A stretch of DNA of 64,000 nucleotides from Actinomycetota bacterium. GTDB taxonomy: Bacteria; Actinomycetota; Actinomycetes; S36-B12; UBA5976. Location of the stretch: the NCBI GenBank assembly GCA_026392515.1, contig JAPLBY010000029.1, positions 13,493-77,492 on the forward strand. Reading direction: 5' to 3'. The notes under the pieces are model-generated. The model saw only the letters and a program-made list of their open reading frames with translations, had not been told where the DNA came from and did no database searches. This document shows, piece by piece, positions 36,752-48,260 of the stretch. The first letter of the stretch is position 1. Every line of letters starts with the position of its first letter. The translations under genes and the position numbers were made by a program.

Positions 36752-39432
36752 GAAACGCTGACTCGACCTGCTTCAAGACGGGCAACTGGAACTCGGAACG
36801 GCGAACAGGAAACGTAGTCCAATCCGACTTCATGGAAGAACTTAATTGATTCAGGATCTCCACCATGTTCACCACAAACACCTAGCTTGATGTCTGGTCG
36901 CGTTGCACGACCCTTCTCAACTGCAATTTTAATTAGCGCACCAACGCCGTCAACGTCAAGCGATTCAAATGGCGAAACTGTGAAGATGCCACGATCCAAG
37001 TAAGTAGCAAAGAATGATGCCTCTACGTCATCGCGACTAAAGCCCCATGTGGTTTGGGTTAAGTCGTTAGTGCCAAATGAGAAGAATTCTGCAGCCTCAG
37101 CAATTCGCTGTGCGGTTAAGGCAGCTCTAGGCAGTTCAATCATCGTGCCGATCGAAAACGGTAGTTTAATGTTTTCTTCGGCAGCGATTTCAGCAAGCAA
37201 AACATCCATTTCATCCCGAATCAAATGAAGTTCCATTACTGACCCAACAAGCGGAATCATGATTTCTACCTTTGGATTACCGCCGGCACGCATACGTGTA
37301 ATTGCGGCTTGCGCAATTGCTCTTACTTGCATTGGGAATAGGCCGGGAACTACCAATCCAAGTCGAACACCTCGTAATCCAAGCATGGGATTGGATTCGT
37401 GTAACCGATCCACTGCGCTCAGAAGTATTTCTTGGCGAGACACATCTTCATTGCGCTCCTTACCTAGTGCAACTTCCACCATTAAGTCAGTGCGGTCAGG
37501 TAGGAATTCATGTAATGGCGGATCAAGTAAGCGAACCGTAACTGGCAGTGAATCCATAGCTTCAAAAATCTCTTCAAAATCTTTTTGCTGCATTGGAAGT
37601 AGAGCTTCTAGAGCTGATGATCGCTCATCTGGATCATTTGCCAAAATTACGCGCTCAATTAGAACTCGTCGATCACCGAGGAACATATGCTCGGTACGGC
37701 AAAGTCCGATTCCTTCAGCGCCAAGGTTGCGAGCCCACTTGGAATCTTCTGCAGTATCTGCATTTGTTCGCACTTTAAGTCGACGTACAGAATCTGCGTG
37801 CTTCAAAATCCGTTCAACGGCGGTTACTAAGGCAACAATTTCTTCACCTTCAGTAGCAATCGAATCAGCTAGGCCATTTTCCAGATAATTAGAAACTGGT
37901 GAAGGAACAACTGCTAATTCACCCAGGTAAACGTGACCAGTTGAGCCATCAATAGAAATCATGTCACCTTCATTAATGACAAGGTTTCCGATAGTGGCAG
38001 TGCGTTCGGCGTGTGACACATCGATTGCATCTGCTCCACAAACGCAGGTTTTGCCCATGCCACGCGCTACAACCGCAGCGTGTGATGTCTTGCCACCACG
38101 AGCCGTCAAGATTCCAGTTGCTGCGATCATTCCCTCAAGATCATCTGGATTAGTTTCGCGTCTAATAAGAACTACACGTTCACCAAGTTCTGCCCACTTA
38201 ACCGCGGTCGCGGAATCAAATACTGCTTTGCCAACAGCGGCGCCAGGTGAGGCTGCCATGCCTGTGGCCACAACTTTTGATGCAGTTGCAGGATCAAACT
38301 GTGGGAACATGAGTTGTGCTAACTGTGCACCGTTGACACGAATGAGAGCCTCATCCATAGTTATCAGGCTTTCATCTACCAATTGAGTCGCAATTCGAAA
38401 TGCCGCCGCCGCAGTTCGTTTTCCAACCCGAGTTTGGAGCATCCAAAGCTTGCCCTTTTCAACCGTGAACTCGATATCGCATAAATCTCGATAGTGCGTT
38501 TCAAGTTTTCGCATAATCTTCATCAGTTCATTGAACGATGTTGGATCCGTTCGATTCAATTCATCAAGACTGAAAGTGTTTCGAATTCCGGCCACAACAT
38601 CTTCACCTTGAGCATTTGGCAAGTAATCACCGTAAGCACCAGGTTTTCCAGAGGCTGGATCACGCGTGAAAGCAACACCTGTTCCAGATGTTTCACCAAG
38701 GTTTCCAAAAACCATTGAGCAAATGTTGACCGCGGTTCCTAGGTCGTCGGCAATTCTTTCCCGGCGACGATACAAGCGAGCGCGCGAAGTATTCCACGAG
38801 TTGAAAACTGCGCGGGTAGCAAGATCAAGTTGTTCTCTTGGATCCTGTGGGAAATCTCGCCCACTGTGCTTTCGGATGATTGCCTTGAATGCTTCGACAA
38901 CTTCTTTTAGTTGGTCTGCAGTTAAATCAACTTCGGTAGTAACTCCAGCTTTATCATTTGCTGCTTGCAATGCATCTGCAAAAATCTCGCCTTCAACATC
39001 CAAAACAGTTTTGCCGAACATCTGTATCAATCGGCGATAGGAGTCCCAGGCGAATCTTTCATTGTTACTTGCCTTTATCAAGCCATTGACTGAGTAGTCA
39101 TTGAGGCCAACATTTAGAACGGTCTCCATCATTCCTGGCATGGAAAACTTCGCGCCCGAGCGAACACTGACTAATAGTGGGTCGTCAATATCGCCAAGTC
39201 TTTTTCCGAGCGAATCTTCGAGTCTGCGAAGGGCCATAGTCACTTCAACGCGCAGAGCAGCTGGTTCTACGCCAGCAACTAGGAATTCACGACAGGCTTC
39301 CGTTGAAATAGTGAACCCTGGGGGAACTGGAAGCCCAAGTCTGGTCATTTCGGCCAAGTTTGCGCCCTTGCCACCAAGTAGATCCTTTTGGTCTTTGTCA
39401 CCTTCGGAAAAATCGTAAACGTACTTAGTCAT
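36748..39432 (-). CDS. ppdK: Pyruvate, phosphate dikinase
   Basis: GGKGANLAEM, phospho-His region GGKTSHAAVVARG and FFSFGTNDLTQ. Start set at ATG 39432 (MTKYVYDF; GGAAGG upstream). Confidence 0.93.
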   Translation of the reverse strand: MTKYVYDFSEGDKDQKDLLGGKGANLAEMTRLGLPVPPGFTISTEACREFLVAGVEPAALRVEVTMALRRLEDSLGKRLGDIDDPLLVSVRSGAKFSMPGMMETVLNVGLNDYSVNGLIKASNNERFAWDSYRRLIQMFGKTVLDVEGEIFADALQAANDKAGVTTEVDLTADQLKEVVEAFKAIIRKHSGRDFPQDPREQLDLATRAVFNSWNTSRARLYRRRERIADDLGTAVNICSMVFGNLGETSGTGVAFTRDPASGKPGAYGDYLPNAQGEDVVAGIRNTFSLDELNRTDPTSFNELMKIMRKLETHYRDLCDIEFTVEKGKLWMLQTRVGKRTAAAAFRIATQLVDESLITMDEALIRVNGAQLAQLMFPQFDPATASKVVATGMAASPGAAVGKAVFDSATAVKWAELGERVVLIRRETNPDDLEGMIAATGILTARGGKTSHAAVVARGMGKTCVCGADAIDVSHAERTATIGNLVINEGDMISIDGSTGHVYLGELAVVPSPVSNYLENGLADSIATEGEEIVALVTAVERILKHADSVRRLKVRTNADTAEDSKWARNLGAEGIGLCRTEHMFLGDRRVLIERVILANDPDERSSALEALLPMQQKDFEEIFEAMDSLPVTVRLLDPPLHEFLPDRTDLMVEVALGKERNEDVSRQEILLSAVDRLHESNPMLGLRGVRLGLVVPGLFPMQVRAIAQAAITRMRAGGNPKVEIMIPLVGSVMELHLIRDEMDVLLAEIAAEENIKLPFSIGTMIELPRAALTAQRIAEAAEFFSFGTNDLTQTTWGFSRDDVEASFFATYLDRGIFTVSPFESLDVDGVGALIKIAVEKGRATRPDIKLGVCGEHGGDPESIKFFHEVGLDYVSCSPFRVPVARLEAGRVSVS

Positions 39433-39780
39433 TGCCAGCGCCTTCCGACCATCGATTTCCAGCCTAAAAACTGGGAATCTCCTGCTACAACGGTATTGCC
39501 CAGAAAGCGGGAGCGCCCAACGGGGCTGCCCGATTTGAGTGGGAATCACATCTCAATATGTGGACAGGCGTCTCAGCGGATGTGACGCAAGTGACTTGTC
39601 CGCGTTAGGGTAGGGGAACTATCAACACCTTCATCGGTGGTGGTGATGCAATCGAGGAGCTACAAGCGAATCGGGCGCAACTTCTGTTACAAGCCTTTGG
39701 CGCAGAAGTCATATCACCAAAGACCAGCCAACGATGAACTTAAATCGAAGCGATCCTTCGGTAGAGCAAGGAGTAATGCC

Positions 39781-41526
39781 ATGTCACAGCACATAACAGG
39801 CGCCCAGAGCCTAGTTAAATCTCTGGAACACGCTGATGTCGAAGTTGTTTTCGGTATCCCAGGCGGCGCGATTCTTCCGGTCTATGACCCACTTATGGAT
39901 TCCCCAACAGTTCGCCACATTTTGGTGCGCCACGAACAAGGCGCTGGACATGCGGCCGAGGGATATGCCTCTGCTAGTAATCGCGTTGGCGTTTGTCTGG
40001 CAACAAGTGGTCCAGGTGCCACAAACTTAGTTACGCCAATTGCAGATGCTCATATGGATTCCGTTCCTATGGTTGCAATTACCGGTCAAGTTCCAAGTGC
40101 ATTTATCGGATCAGATGCATTTCAAGAAGCTGACATCCGTGGCATCACAATGCCAATTACAAAACACAATTACCTAGTGACCCGCGCTGAAGATATTCCG
40201 CGCGCAATTAAAGAAGCATTTCACCTTGCAAGCAGTGGCCGTCCTGGACCAGTGCTTGTAGATATAACCAAGGATGCGCTACAAGCCAGCGCTGAATTTG
40301 TTTGGCCGTCACACATTGATCTACCTGGTTACAAACCAACTACAAAGCCGCATGGTCGCCAAATCAAAGAAGCGGCTCGAATGATTGTTGAATCGCATCG
40401 ACCAGTTTTTTATGTCGGAGGCGGCGTAATTCGTTCGCAGGGATATAAAGAACTTCGACAGCTTGCAGAACTTACTGGAATTCCAGTGGTTACAACTTTG
40501 ATGGCACGTGGCGCATTCCCAGACTCGCATAAGCAGCACATGGGTATGCCTGGAATGCACGGAACAGTTGGCGCTGTTGGCGCATTGCAAAAGGCAGATT
40601 TGCTGATTGTGCTTGGCGCACGCTTTGACGATCGGGTTACTGGCAAACTTGAATCATTTTCACCTAAATCTAAAGTCATTCACATCGACATTGATCCAGC
40701 TGAAATTGGCAAGAATCGCTACGCGGACATCCCAATCGTTTCTGATGTTCGGGAAGCAATTTCTCAACTTATTCCTGCAGTCACGGCAGAATTTGATGCC
40801 GGAAATCGTGCAGACCTAACGGCTTGGTGGATAACGCTTAACCACTGGCGCGAAACTTATCCACTTGGCTATGACCAGCCAAGTGACGGAACGCTTTCGC
40901 CACAATATGTAATCGAGCGCCTGGGCAAAATTGCCGGACCAGAAACGATTTACACGGCAGGCGTGGGCCAGCACCAAATGTGGGCCGCGCAATTCATTGG
41001 ATATGAAAATCCAAATACTTGGCTTAATAGTGGTGGCTTAGGAACTATGGGTTACTCAATTCCGGCTGCAATGGGTGCCAAAGTTGGTGCACCGGACAAA
41101 ACGGTTTGGGCAATTGACGGTGATGGCTGTTTCCAAATGACAAACCAAGAACTAGCCACTTGCACCATTAACGACATTCCAATCAAGGTTGCGCTTATTA
41201 ACAACGCGTCGCTTGGCATGGTTCGCCAATGGCAAAACCTGTTCTATAACGAGCGATACAGCAATACCGATTTGCAGTCACATTCCATTCCTGACTTTGT
41301 AAAGCTTGCTGATGCATACGGTTGTCATGGAATTCGGGTTACTAAAGCCGAAGAAGTCGACAAGGCAATTGAAAAGTCAATGGAAACTAACGACGCTCCT
41401 GTCGTAATTGATTTCCAGGTTCACCGCGATGCGATGGTGTGGCCAATGGTTGCTGCTGGAACTGGCAATGACGAGATTCAATTTGCGCGAGATCTAGCAC
41501 CACAATGGGAAAGAGGGGATGACTAA
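39781..41526 (+). CDS. ilvB: Acetolactate synthase large subunit
   Basis: Start at ATG 39781 (AAGGAG 7 nt upstream). ThDP motif [16 protein letters not shown] ... DGDGCFQM. Confidence 0.93.
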   Translation: MSQHITGAQSLVKSLEHADVEVVFGIPGGAILPVYDPLMDSPTVRHILVRHEQGAGHAAEGYASASNRVGVCLATSGPGATNLVTPIADAHMDSVPMVAITGQVPSAFIGSDAFQEADIRGITMPITKHNYLVTRAEDIPRAIKEAFHLASSGRPGPVLVDITKDALQASAEFVWPSHIDLPGYKPTTKPHGRQIKEAARMIVESHRPVFYVGGGVIRSQGYKELRQLAELTGIPVVTTLMARGAFPDSHKQHMGMPGMHGTVGAVGALQKADLLIVLGARFDDRVTGKLESFSPKSKVIHIDIDPAEIGKNRYADIPIVSDVREAISQLIPAVTAEFDAGNRADLTAWWITLNHWRETYPLGYDQPSDGTLSPQYVIERLGKIAGPETIYTAGVGQHQMWAAQFIGYENPNTWLNSGGLGTMGYSIPAAMGAKVGAPDKTVWAIDGDGCFQMTNQELATCTINDIPIKVALINNASLGMVRQWQNLFYNERYSNTDLQSHSIPDFVKLADAYGCHGIRVTKAEEVDKAIEKSMETNDAPVVIDFQVHRDAMVWPMVAAGTGNDEIQFARDLAPQWERGDD

Positions 41527-41528
41527 AC

Positions 41529-42053
41529 ATGGCTCGTCATACTCTTTCTATTTTGGTTCAGGATCAACCGGGTGTACTTGCCCGTATTTCCGCACTCTTT
41601 TCCCGTCGTGGCTACAACATTGAATCTTTGGCAGTAGGAACTACTGAAACCGAAGGCGTATCGCGCATGACGGTTGTTGTTAACGTTGACGCACATGCAC
41701 TCGAACAAGTCACTAAGCAGTTAAACAAGTTAATCAACGTGCTAAAGATTGTTGAACTTGATGACAACACTGCAATTGCTCGAGAGCTAATGCTTATCAA
41801 AGTTAAAGCAGACGATCACACCCGCAGCAAGGTGCTTGAGCTCGTTGAGCTGTTTCGCGCCAAAATTGTGGATGTCGGTGGTGACGCAGTAACTATTGAG
41901 GCAACAGGCTCGATAGACAAACTTGAGGCATTCCTCAACGTCCTAGCACCTCATGGAATCAAGGAAATCGTACAGTCCGGCGTTGTGGCACTTGCCCGCG
42001 GTGGCCGCTCGATTGCCGAACGTTCTAACAAGAATTCTGACCGTTCCCAATAG
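41529..42053 (+). CDS. ilvN: Acetolactate synthase small (regulatory) subunit
   Basis: ACT-domain N-terminus HTLSILVQDQPGVLARISALFSRRGYNIESL. Confidence 0.93.
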   Translation: MARHTLSILVQDQPGVLARISALFSRRGYNIESLAVGTTETEGVSRMTVVVNVDAHALEQVTKQLNKLINVLKIVELDDNTAIARELMLIKVKADDHTRSKVLELVELFRAKIVDVGGDAVTIEATGSIDKLEAFLNVLAPHGIKEIVQSGVVALARGGRSIAERSNKNSDRSQ

Positions 42054-42104
42054 AAATTCACACAATCCAAAGAATCTGACAGACTTACCAAACTAGCGAA
42101 ATAG

Positions 42105-43142
<1,038 letters not shown>

Positions 43143-43146
43143 CTAA

Positions 43147-44115
43147 ATGCTTGCGATACAGGTAGATCAGCCCGGTGGACCAGAAGTCCTAAAGGTAGCT
43201 GATCTACCTGTTCCAGTTTGTGGCCCAGATCAACTCATAGTTGAGTTGGCGTTTAGTGGTGTTAACTTCATCGACATTTACCAACGCCAAGGCATTTACC
43301 CAATGCCAAGTCCTTACGTTCCAGGACTTGAGGGTAGCGGTGTCGTTACTGAAGTTGGTTCTGCCGTTCAAGGGATCTCCGTTGGAGATAAAGTTGCTTG
43401 GCCATCATCACTTGGAAGTTACTCACAGGTTCATGCAGTTAACGCTGCATCAGTTGTGAAAGTTCCTGAAGGTGTTTCCCTTGATGTTGCGTGCGCTGCA
43501 ATGTTGCAAGGTATGACTGCGCACTACTTGATTGCATCGCTCTATGAAATCAAGCCTGGAGATACAGCTTTAGTTCATGCAGCAGCAGGTGGTGTTGGAC
43601 AACTGCTTTGCCAAATGATTTCAAATCGGGGTGCAATCGTTATCGGTACTGCATCAACTGCCGAAAAAGCCGACATCGCAACTAGGGCAGGCGCTAGCCA
43701 TGTCATTAGATATGACACCGAAGATGTAGCAACGAAAGCCAAAGAGCTAACTAACGGAATCGGCGTAGATGTTGTTTATGACGGTGTCGGCCAAGCAACA
43801 TTTGAAGGCAGCCTGGCTTCGCTTAAGCGTCGCGGCATGATGGCACTTTTCGGTGGCGCAAGTGGCATGGTCCCAGCCTTCGATCTTCAAGCGCTGAGCC
43901 GAATGGGATCCTTGTTTGTTACTCGCCCAACATTGGCGGATTACATTGTTGGTCCTGGCGAAATGCAATGGCGAGCAGATGAAATCTTTGCCGAACATCT
44001 CGCTGGAAAACTGAACTTTGCAATTGGAAATGCTTACGCTCTGCAAGATGCCAAAGACGCACACACAGACTTAGCAGCTCGCAAAACTACGGGAAAACTC
44101 TTACTAGTTCCGTAA
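43147..44115 (+). CDS. qor: NADPH:quinone oxidoreductase (MDR/zeta-crystallin family)
   Basis: AAAGGVGQLLCQ nucleotide motif and typical MDR layout. Confidence 0.75.
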   Translation: MLAIQVDQPGGPEVLKVADLPVPVCGPDQLIVELAFSGVNFIDIYQRQGIYPMPSPYVPGLEGSGVVTEVGSAVQGISVGDKVAWPSSLGSYSQVHAVNAASVVKVPEGVSLDVACAAMLQGMTAHYLIASLYEIKPGDTALVHAAAGGVGQLLCQMISNRGAIVIGTASTAEKADIATRAGASHVIRYDTEDVATKAKELTNGIGVDVVYDGVGQATFEGSLASLKRRGMMALFGGASGMVPAFDLQALSRMGSLFVTRPTLADYIVGPGEMQWRADEIFAEHLAGKLNFAIGNAYALQDAKDAHTDLAARKTTGKLLLVP

Positions 44116-44180
44116 GTTCAAGACTTGTTCCGTAAATTTGGGCATTTTTTGGTGTCCATAAATCCAGATAGGCTTTGAAG

Positions 44181-45251
44181 ATGCCGGCCGCATTAGTAAC
44201 TGGAACATTTAATCCACCTCACATGGGTCATGTGAAGCTGATTAAATCGGCCATTGAAAAGCGAGATCATGTAGTTGTCGTAGTTTTAGCTGCGCCACAT
44301 GATCGATTAGCTGCAAACGATCGGGCTCGCGCACTCTTGCAAGACTGTGTTGCTGAAGGTGTGAATGAAGCGGCCATGACTATCGTTCATGGCTATGAAT
44401 CCACACCATACGATCCAGGCAATAGCGCAGTTGCGAAATCAAATGCTCGAGTTATCGAAGCCCACCTTCGTCACACTCCGCCAGTAGACCTCTTGGTTAC
44501 ATCTGAAACTAATGGTGATGAGTTTGCCAAACTTCTTGGCTTACATCACCACAGCTTCGATCCAGATCGCACCCAAGTTCCTGTCTCTTCCACGCAGATT
44601 CGCGAAGACTTGATTAGCAATTGGCATCTACTTGGACCAGGTTCGAGAGAACTACTTGCGATTCGCGCAGTATTTATTGGTGCTGAATCAACTGGAACTA
44701 CGACCACAACTTTGGCAGTTCAAGCTGAATTGATGAAGCGCCAAGGAAACTTCGCAACTACTAACTGGATTCGCGAATATGGTCGCGATCTGACTATGCG
44801 TAAAAAAGAACAAGCCGAAGCTATGGGCTTAAGTGAGTACGCAGTGCCATGGACTATCAATGACTTCGTAGAAATCGCAATCGTGCAGCAACAGCTTGAG
44901 GATGTTGCGGCTCGCACCGGTGGACCTGTTGTATGTTGCGACACTGATGTATTCGCCACAATCATTTGGGAACGTCGTTACTTGGGAGAAAAAGCTGCCC
45001 TGCCAATGCCGGGCGATTCCCAAAACCGGATCTATTTTGTAACCCAACCTGATGGTGTCCCTTTTGTCCAAGACAAAATCCGAGATTCTGAGGAACTTCG
45101 AATATCCATGACTCGAGAATTCGAAGATGACTTAATTAGCACCGGTAGGTCCTGGATGGCACTCGATGGCACAGTAGAAACCAGAGTTGAATTAGCACTT
45201 AAAGCGATCGATGCTGCGATGGCGCAAGCGTTCGATTTCCACGTTCACTAG
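44181..45251 (+). CDS. NadR-like bifunctional protein: NMN adenylyltransferase domain plus ribosylnicotinamide-kinase-like (AAA_28) domain with a degenerate P-loop
   Basis: [10 protein letters not shown] and VSSTQIRE nucleotidyltransferase motifs. The second domain has GAESTGTTT where GxxxxGK[ST] is expected. A TTG alternative start lies at 44175. Confidence 0.65.
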   Translation: MPAALVTGTFNPPHMGHVKLIKSAIEKRDHVVVVVLAAPHDRLAANDRARALLQDCVAEGVNEAAMTIVHGYESTPYDPGNSAVAKSNARVIEAHLRHTPPVDLLVTSETNGDEFAKLLGLHHHSFDPDRTQVPVSSTQIREDLISNWHLLGPGSRELLAIRAVFIGAESTGTTTTTLAVQAELMKRQGNFATTNWIREYGRDLTMRKKEQAEAMGLSEYAVPWTINDFVEIAIVQQQLEDVAARTGGPVVCCDTDVFATIIWERRYLGEKAALPMPGDSQNRIYFVTQPDGVPFVQDKIRDSEELRISMTREFEDDLISTGRSWMALDGTVETRVELALKAIDAAMAQAFDFHVH

Positions 45252-45301
45252 ATTCACCGTTCCTGCCTTGGGCAAGGTTGCAAAACCCTAAACTTGAACC
45301 C

Positions 45302-46339
45302 ATGCGATCAATCAAAACAATCCACGTTATTAGTTGTCATGCCGAAGGCGAAGTTGGAGACGTAATTGTTGGCGGTGTTAATCCACCCCCAGGCGAGACG
45401 CTTTATGACCAGTCACGTTTCATTGCAACTGACAATGAACTTCGACAGTTTGTTCTGAATGAACCGCGTGGTGGAGTTTTTCGCCACGTCAATATGTTGG
45501 TGCCACCTAAAGATCCAAGAGCTGCAGTTGGATTCATAATCATGGAGCCAGAAGACACCCCACTTATGTCTGGCTCAAATTCAATGTGTGTAGCGACCGT
45601 AGTTCTGGAAACTGGCATTGTGCCGATGGTTGAACCAGAAACCCATTTCTTTATGGAAGCCCCGGCTGGATTAGTTGAAGTATTTGCAACTTGTAAAGAC
45701 GGCAAGGCAACTCAGATCAAAGTGCATAACGTCCCAGCATTCGCTGCAACCTTAGACACAAAGCTAGAAGTTCCTGGCTTAGGTACTTTGACTGTAGATA
45801 CCGCTTGGGGTGGCGACAGCTTCGTAATTGTTAATGCCAAAGAATTGGGATTCACACTCGATCCAAGTGAAGCGCGTGATCTTGCAGTTATGGGAATTGG
45901 AATTACCAAAGCTGCCAACGAGCAACTAACTTTTACCCACCCAACCATCCCAGGCTGGACCCACTTCTCGTTTTGCCAAATGGCAATGCCGGTGTTTGAA
46001 GAAGGCGGCTCACTCATTAGCCATAATGCCGTCGCCGTTCAGCCAGGAAAGATCGATCGATCACCCACCGGCACCGGAGTTTCGGCACGCATGGCTGTGC
46101 TTCATGCTCGTGGCGTAATGAAGCTGGGCGATCGAATCCGCGGACGATCAATCATTGGCTCACACTTTGAAGGTCGGATTGAACAGGAAGTCATGATTGG
46201 CGATAAGCCAGGAATCATTCCATCCATTGCTGGCCAAGCCTGGCTAACTGGAACACATCAACACATGTTGGATCCAACTGATCCTTACCCACTTGGCTAC
46301 CTTGTTAGTGATACTTGGCCACGAATTGGCAAAGATTAA
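45302..46339 (+). CDS. Proline racemase superfamily protein with a Ser/Thr catalytic pair (not a racemase/epimerase; dehydratase-like)
   Basis: Family motifs [26 protein letters not shown] (canonical MCGH) and DRSPTGTG (canonical DRSPCGTG). Confidence 0.75.
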   Translation: MRSIKTIHVISCHAEGEVGDVIVGGVNPPPGETLYDQSRFIATDNELRQFVLNEPRGGVFRHVNMLVPPKDPRAAVGFIIMEPEDTPLMSGSNSMCVATVVLETGIVPMVEPETHFFMEAPAGLVEVFATCKDGKATQIKVHNVPAFAATLDTKLEVPGLGTLTVDTAWGGDSFVIVNAKELGFTLDPSEARDLAVMGIGITKAANEQLTFTHPTIPGWTHFSFCQMAMPVFEEGGSLISHNAVAVQPGKIDRSPTGTGVSARMAVLHARGVMKLGDRIRGRSIIGSHFEGRIEQEVMIGDKPGIIPSIAGQAWLTGTHQHMLDPTDPYPLGYLVSDTWPRIGKD

Positions 46340-46347
46340 TTCCTAAA

Positions 46348-47553
46348 ATGCCCCAATCTCCAAACATTGCTCACCTAGATTTTTCAGAAACTGGATTTTC
46401 CATCCGCTCTGATCAAGTCATGCAAGCTCGTGAGCAACATTGGTATGCAACGACGAACTTTGGGATCGCAATCCTGCGTTACGAAGATTCCAACGCATTG
46501 CTCAAAGACAAGCGGCTTTATCAAGGAACCCGCAGATGGCCATCACACTTTGGGATAGATGACGGCCTGTTGGCGAATTGGTGGCCAGACATCATGTTGA
46601 GTATTGAGGGCGATGATCACCTTCGACTTCGCAAGCTTTCTGGCCCAGCGTTTTCACCAAAAGTACTTGAGCCGCTGATCCCAACTTTTGCTGAGCTGGC
46701 GCATGAATTGATTGATGGTTTTTGTGAACGCGGGACCGCAGAGTTTATGAGCGAGTTTGCCGAAGCTTATTCAGCCCGAGTGATTACCGGATTGCTAGGA
46801 ATCGATAAATCACAGTGGCGAAAAATCGCAGATCTAGCCACTGAGCTTGGATATGTTTTTAGCGTCACGATTAAGGATGATCTACAGGTAATCGAACACG
46901 GCCTCTCTGGACTACTGGAAATTTCAAAAGCTTTGATTGCAAGTCGCCAAGGCACTGACGGTGATGATTTTGTTGGGGCGCTGATTAGGGCAAATTCTGA
47001 CGGCAAGAAAATTACCGATCATGAATTGTTAATGCTGGTCAGTTTCATCATCTTTGCCGGCTTTGATACCACTAGAAATCAAATTGGCCTTGGACTTCAG
47101 ACTTTTTCAAAGCACATGGATCAATGGCGCAATCTAGGTGAAAATCCGGATTTGGCACGCAGTGCGGTTGAAGAAGTGATGCGGGTTAATCCAACAATTA
47201 CTTGGGTTAGCCGCGAAGCCTCCGTTGATGTTGAGTACAAAGACTTGGTAATTCCGCAAGGCAAAACGATCCACTTAATAACGATTCCTTCGGGAAGTGA
47301 TCCGCGTCGCTTTGAAAAAACTGAGTTCGATATAACTGCTGGGCGTCCACCACACTTTGGCTTCGGTGGTGGCATGCATCATTGCCTAGGACATTATGTC
47401 GCTCGCCTCGATATGGCAGAAGCGTACAAAGCACTTGCGCAGCGTCTGCCAGACTTTGAAATTCTCGATGGCGCTACTTACCTTCCAGATAGTGGCAACA
47501 CCGGTCCAATTGAATTACCGATCAAGTTCACACCGTCAGCACGCAGGTCCTGA
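46348..47553 (+). CDS. Cytochrome P450
   Basis: Heme loop FGFGGGMHHCLG, I-helix AGFDTT and EEVMR (ExxR). ATG 46348 lies 8 nt after the previous stop. Confidence 0.9.
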   Translation: MPQSPNIAHLDFSETGFSIRSDQVMQAREQHWYATTNFGIAILRYEDSNALLKDKRLYQGTRRWPSHFGIDDGLLANWWPDIMLSIEGDDHLRLRKLSGPAFSPKVLEPLIPTFAELAHELIDGFCERGTAEFMSEFAEAYSARVITGLLGIDKSQWRKIADLATELGYVFSVTIKDDLQVIEHGLSGLLEISKALIASRQGTDGDDFVGALIRANSDGKKITDHELLMLVSFIIFAGFDTTRNQIGLGLQTFSKHMDQWRNLGENPDLARSAVEEVMRVNPTITWVSREASVDVEYKDLVIPQGKTIHLITIPSGSDPRRFEKTEFDITAGRPPHFGFGGGMHHCLGHYVARLDMAEAYKALAQRLPDFEILDGATYLPDSGNTGPIELPIKFTPSARRS

Positions 47554-48203
47554 TGACGGAAAAACCAAAAGCTCCACCAAAACTTAAATCAATCAAATCC
47601 ATTCAAAAGTATTTGGCAACGCAAGATAAGCGCCTTGGTAGATTTCTAGAGAACGCTCCGCTCTATCCAGTTGCCAAAGAACCAGCTCACAATTCTCACT
47701 TCGAAACCATTGTGTTTGCTGTCATAGGTCAGCAGTTGTCGGGTAAGGCCGCTGACACAATCACGCACCGATTGATCGCAAAGACTGGGTCACCGGTCAA
47801 GCCGGCCAAGCTTCTTAAGTTAGGCCACCTTCAGTTGCGAGAAGTTGGCCTTAGCAATGCCAAGGCTCGGACCATCCTGGAATTAAGCGAAGCGGTGGTT
47901 AAAGGTTTTGACCTGGAGTCCGTAGATGAATTACCGGATGATGAAATCGTCAAGCAATTAACACAGTTCTGGGGGATTGGTCGCTGGACGGTCGAGATGT
48001 TCATGATGTTTAGGTTGGGCAGACTCGATGTTTGGCCAATCGGTGATCTGGGCGTGCGTCGAGGTTGGGGAATTATCCAAGGCCTGGGATACACACCAAC
48101 TGAAAAAGAAGTAATTGGAGTCACCGATCACCTTTCGCCATACCGAAGTGTTGTTGCTTGGCATTGCTGGCGGGCAACTGACGAAGAACCAGATTTTTGG
48201 TAA
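47553..48203 (+). CDS. HhH-GPD superfamily DNA glycosylase (short AlkA/Mag-type 3-methyladenine glycosylase II)
   Basis: Helix-hairpin-helix FWGIGRWTVEMF and catalytic-Asp region WPIGDLGVRRG. Start overlaps the P450 stop (TGATG). Confidence 0.8.
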   Translation: MTEKPKAPPKLKSIKSIQKYLATQDKRLGRFLENAPLYPVAKEPAHNSHFETIVFAVIGQQLSGKAADTITHRLIAKTGSPVKPAKLLKLGHLQLREVGLSNAKARTILELSEAVVKGFDLESVDELPDDEIVKQLTQFWGIGRWTVEMFMMFRLGRLDVWPIGDLGVRRGWGIIQGLGYTPTEKEVIGVTDHLSPYRSVVAWHCWRATDEEPDFW

Positions 48204-48260
48204 CCGCTTGCTGCCAAATCTTCGCAGTCGTCATTCTTTGATTTCATCTAGAATCAGAAC

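Noticed and set aside
37259-37888. Long antisense ORFs inside well-supported genes. Examples: 209 aa at 37259-37888 in ppdK; 160 aa at 34250-34732 in ilvD; 166 aa at 48254-48754 in serA; 146 aa at 62671-63111 in leuC; 140 aa at 17892-18314 in meaB; 132 aa at 9806-10204 in rbsK.
   Set aside because: Each lies wholly opposite a gene with clear family motifs. They are Ser/Arg/Ala/Pro-rich low-complexity translations with no recognisable motifs or RBS. They look like typical shadow ORFs caused by codon bias on the sense strand.
39637-39780. Upstream-extended starts offered by the ORF track: ilvB 39637, leuB 53130, aminotransferase 50619, ppdK 39549, protease 9764, etfB 20735, gatB 29815, mce 16634, P450 46315.
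   Set aside because: In each case an internal ATG or GTG with a good Shine-Dalgarno sequence, or with start/stop coupling, gives the family-typical N-terminus. The extensions overlap neighbouring genes or promoters and encode non-conserved-looking sequence.
39433-39780. The 348-bp ppdK/ilvB divergent region, the largest non-coding stretch, examined for an Ile/Val/Leu leader-peptide attenuator, T-box or riboswitch upstream of ilvBNC.
   Set aside because: The only short ORFs are [16 protein letters not shown] (39558-39608) and a 20-codon ORF at 39733 overlapping the ilvB start. Neither has runs of branched-chain codons. Only weak 4-5 bp hairpins are present, and no terminator-like structure precedes ilvB. 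Regulation here remains unknown, but nothing is supportable from the sequence.
44107-44135. Direct repeat GTTCCGTAA (44107-44115 and 44127-44135) spanning the qor stop codon, considered as a possible duplication scar or att site.
   Set aside because: It is only 9 nt long, with no associated mobile-element genes, which is within chance expectation.
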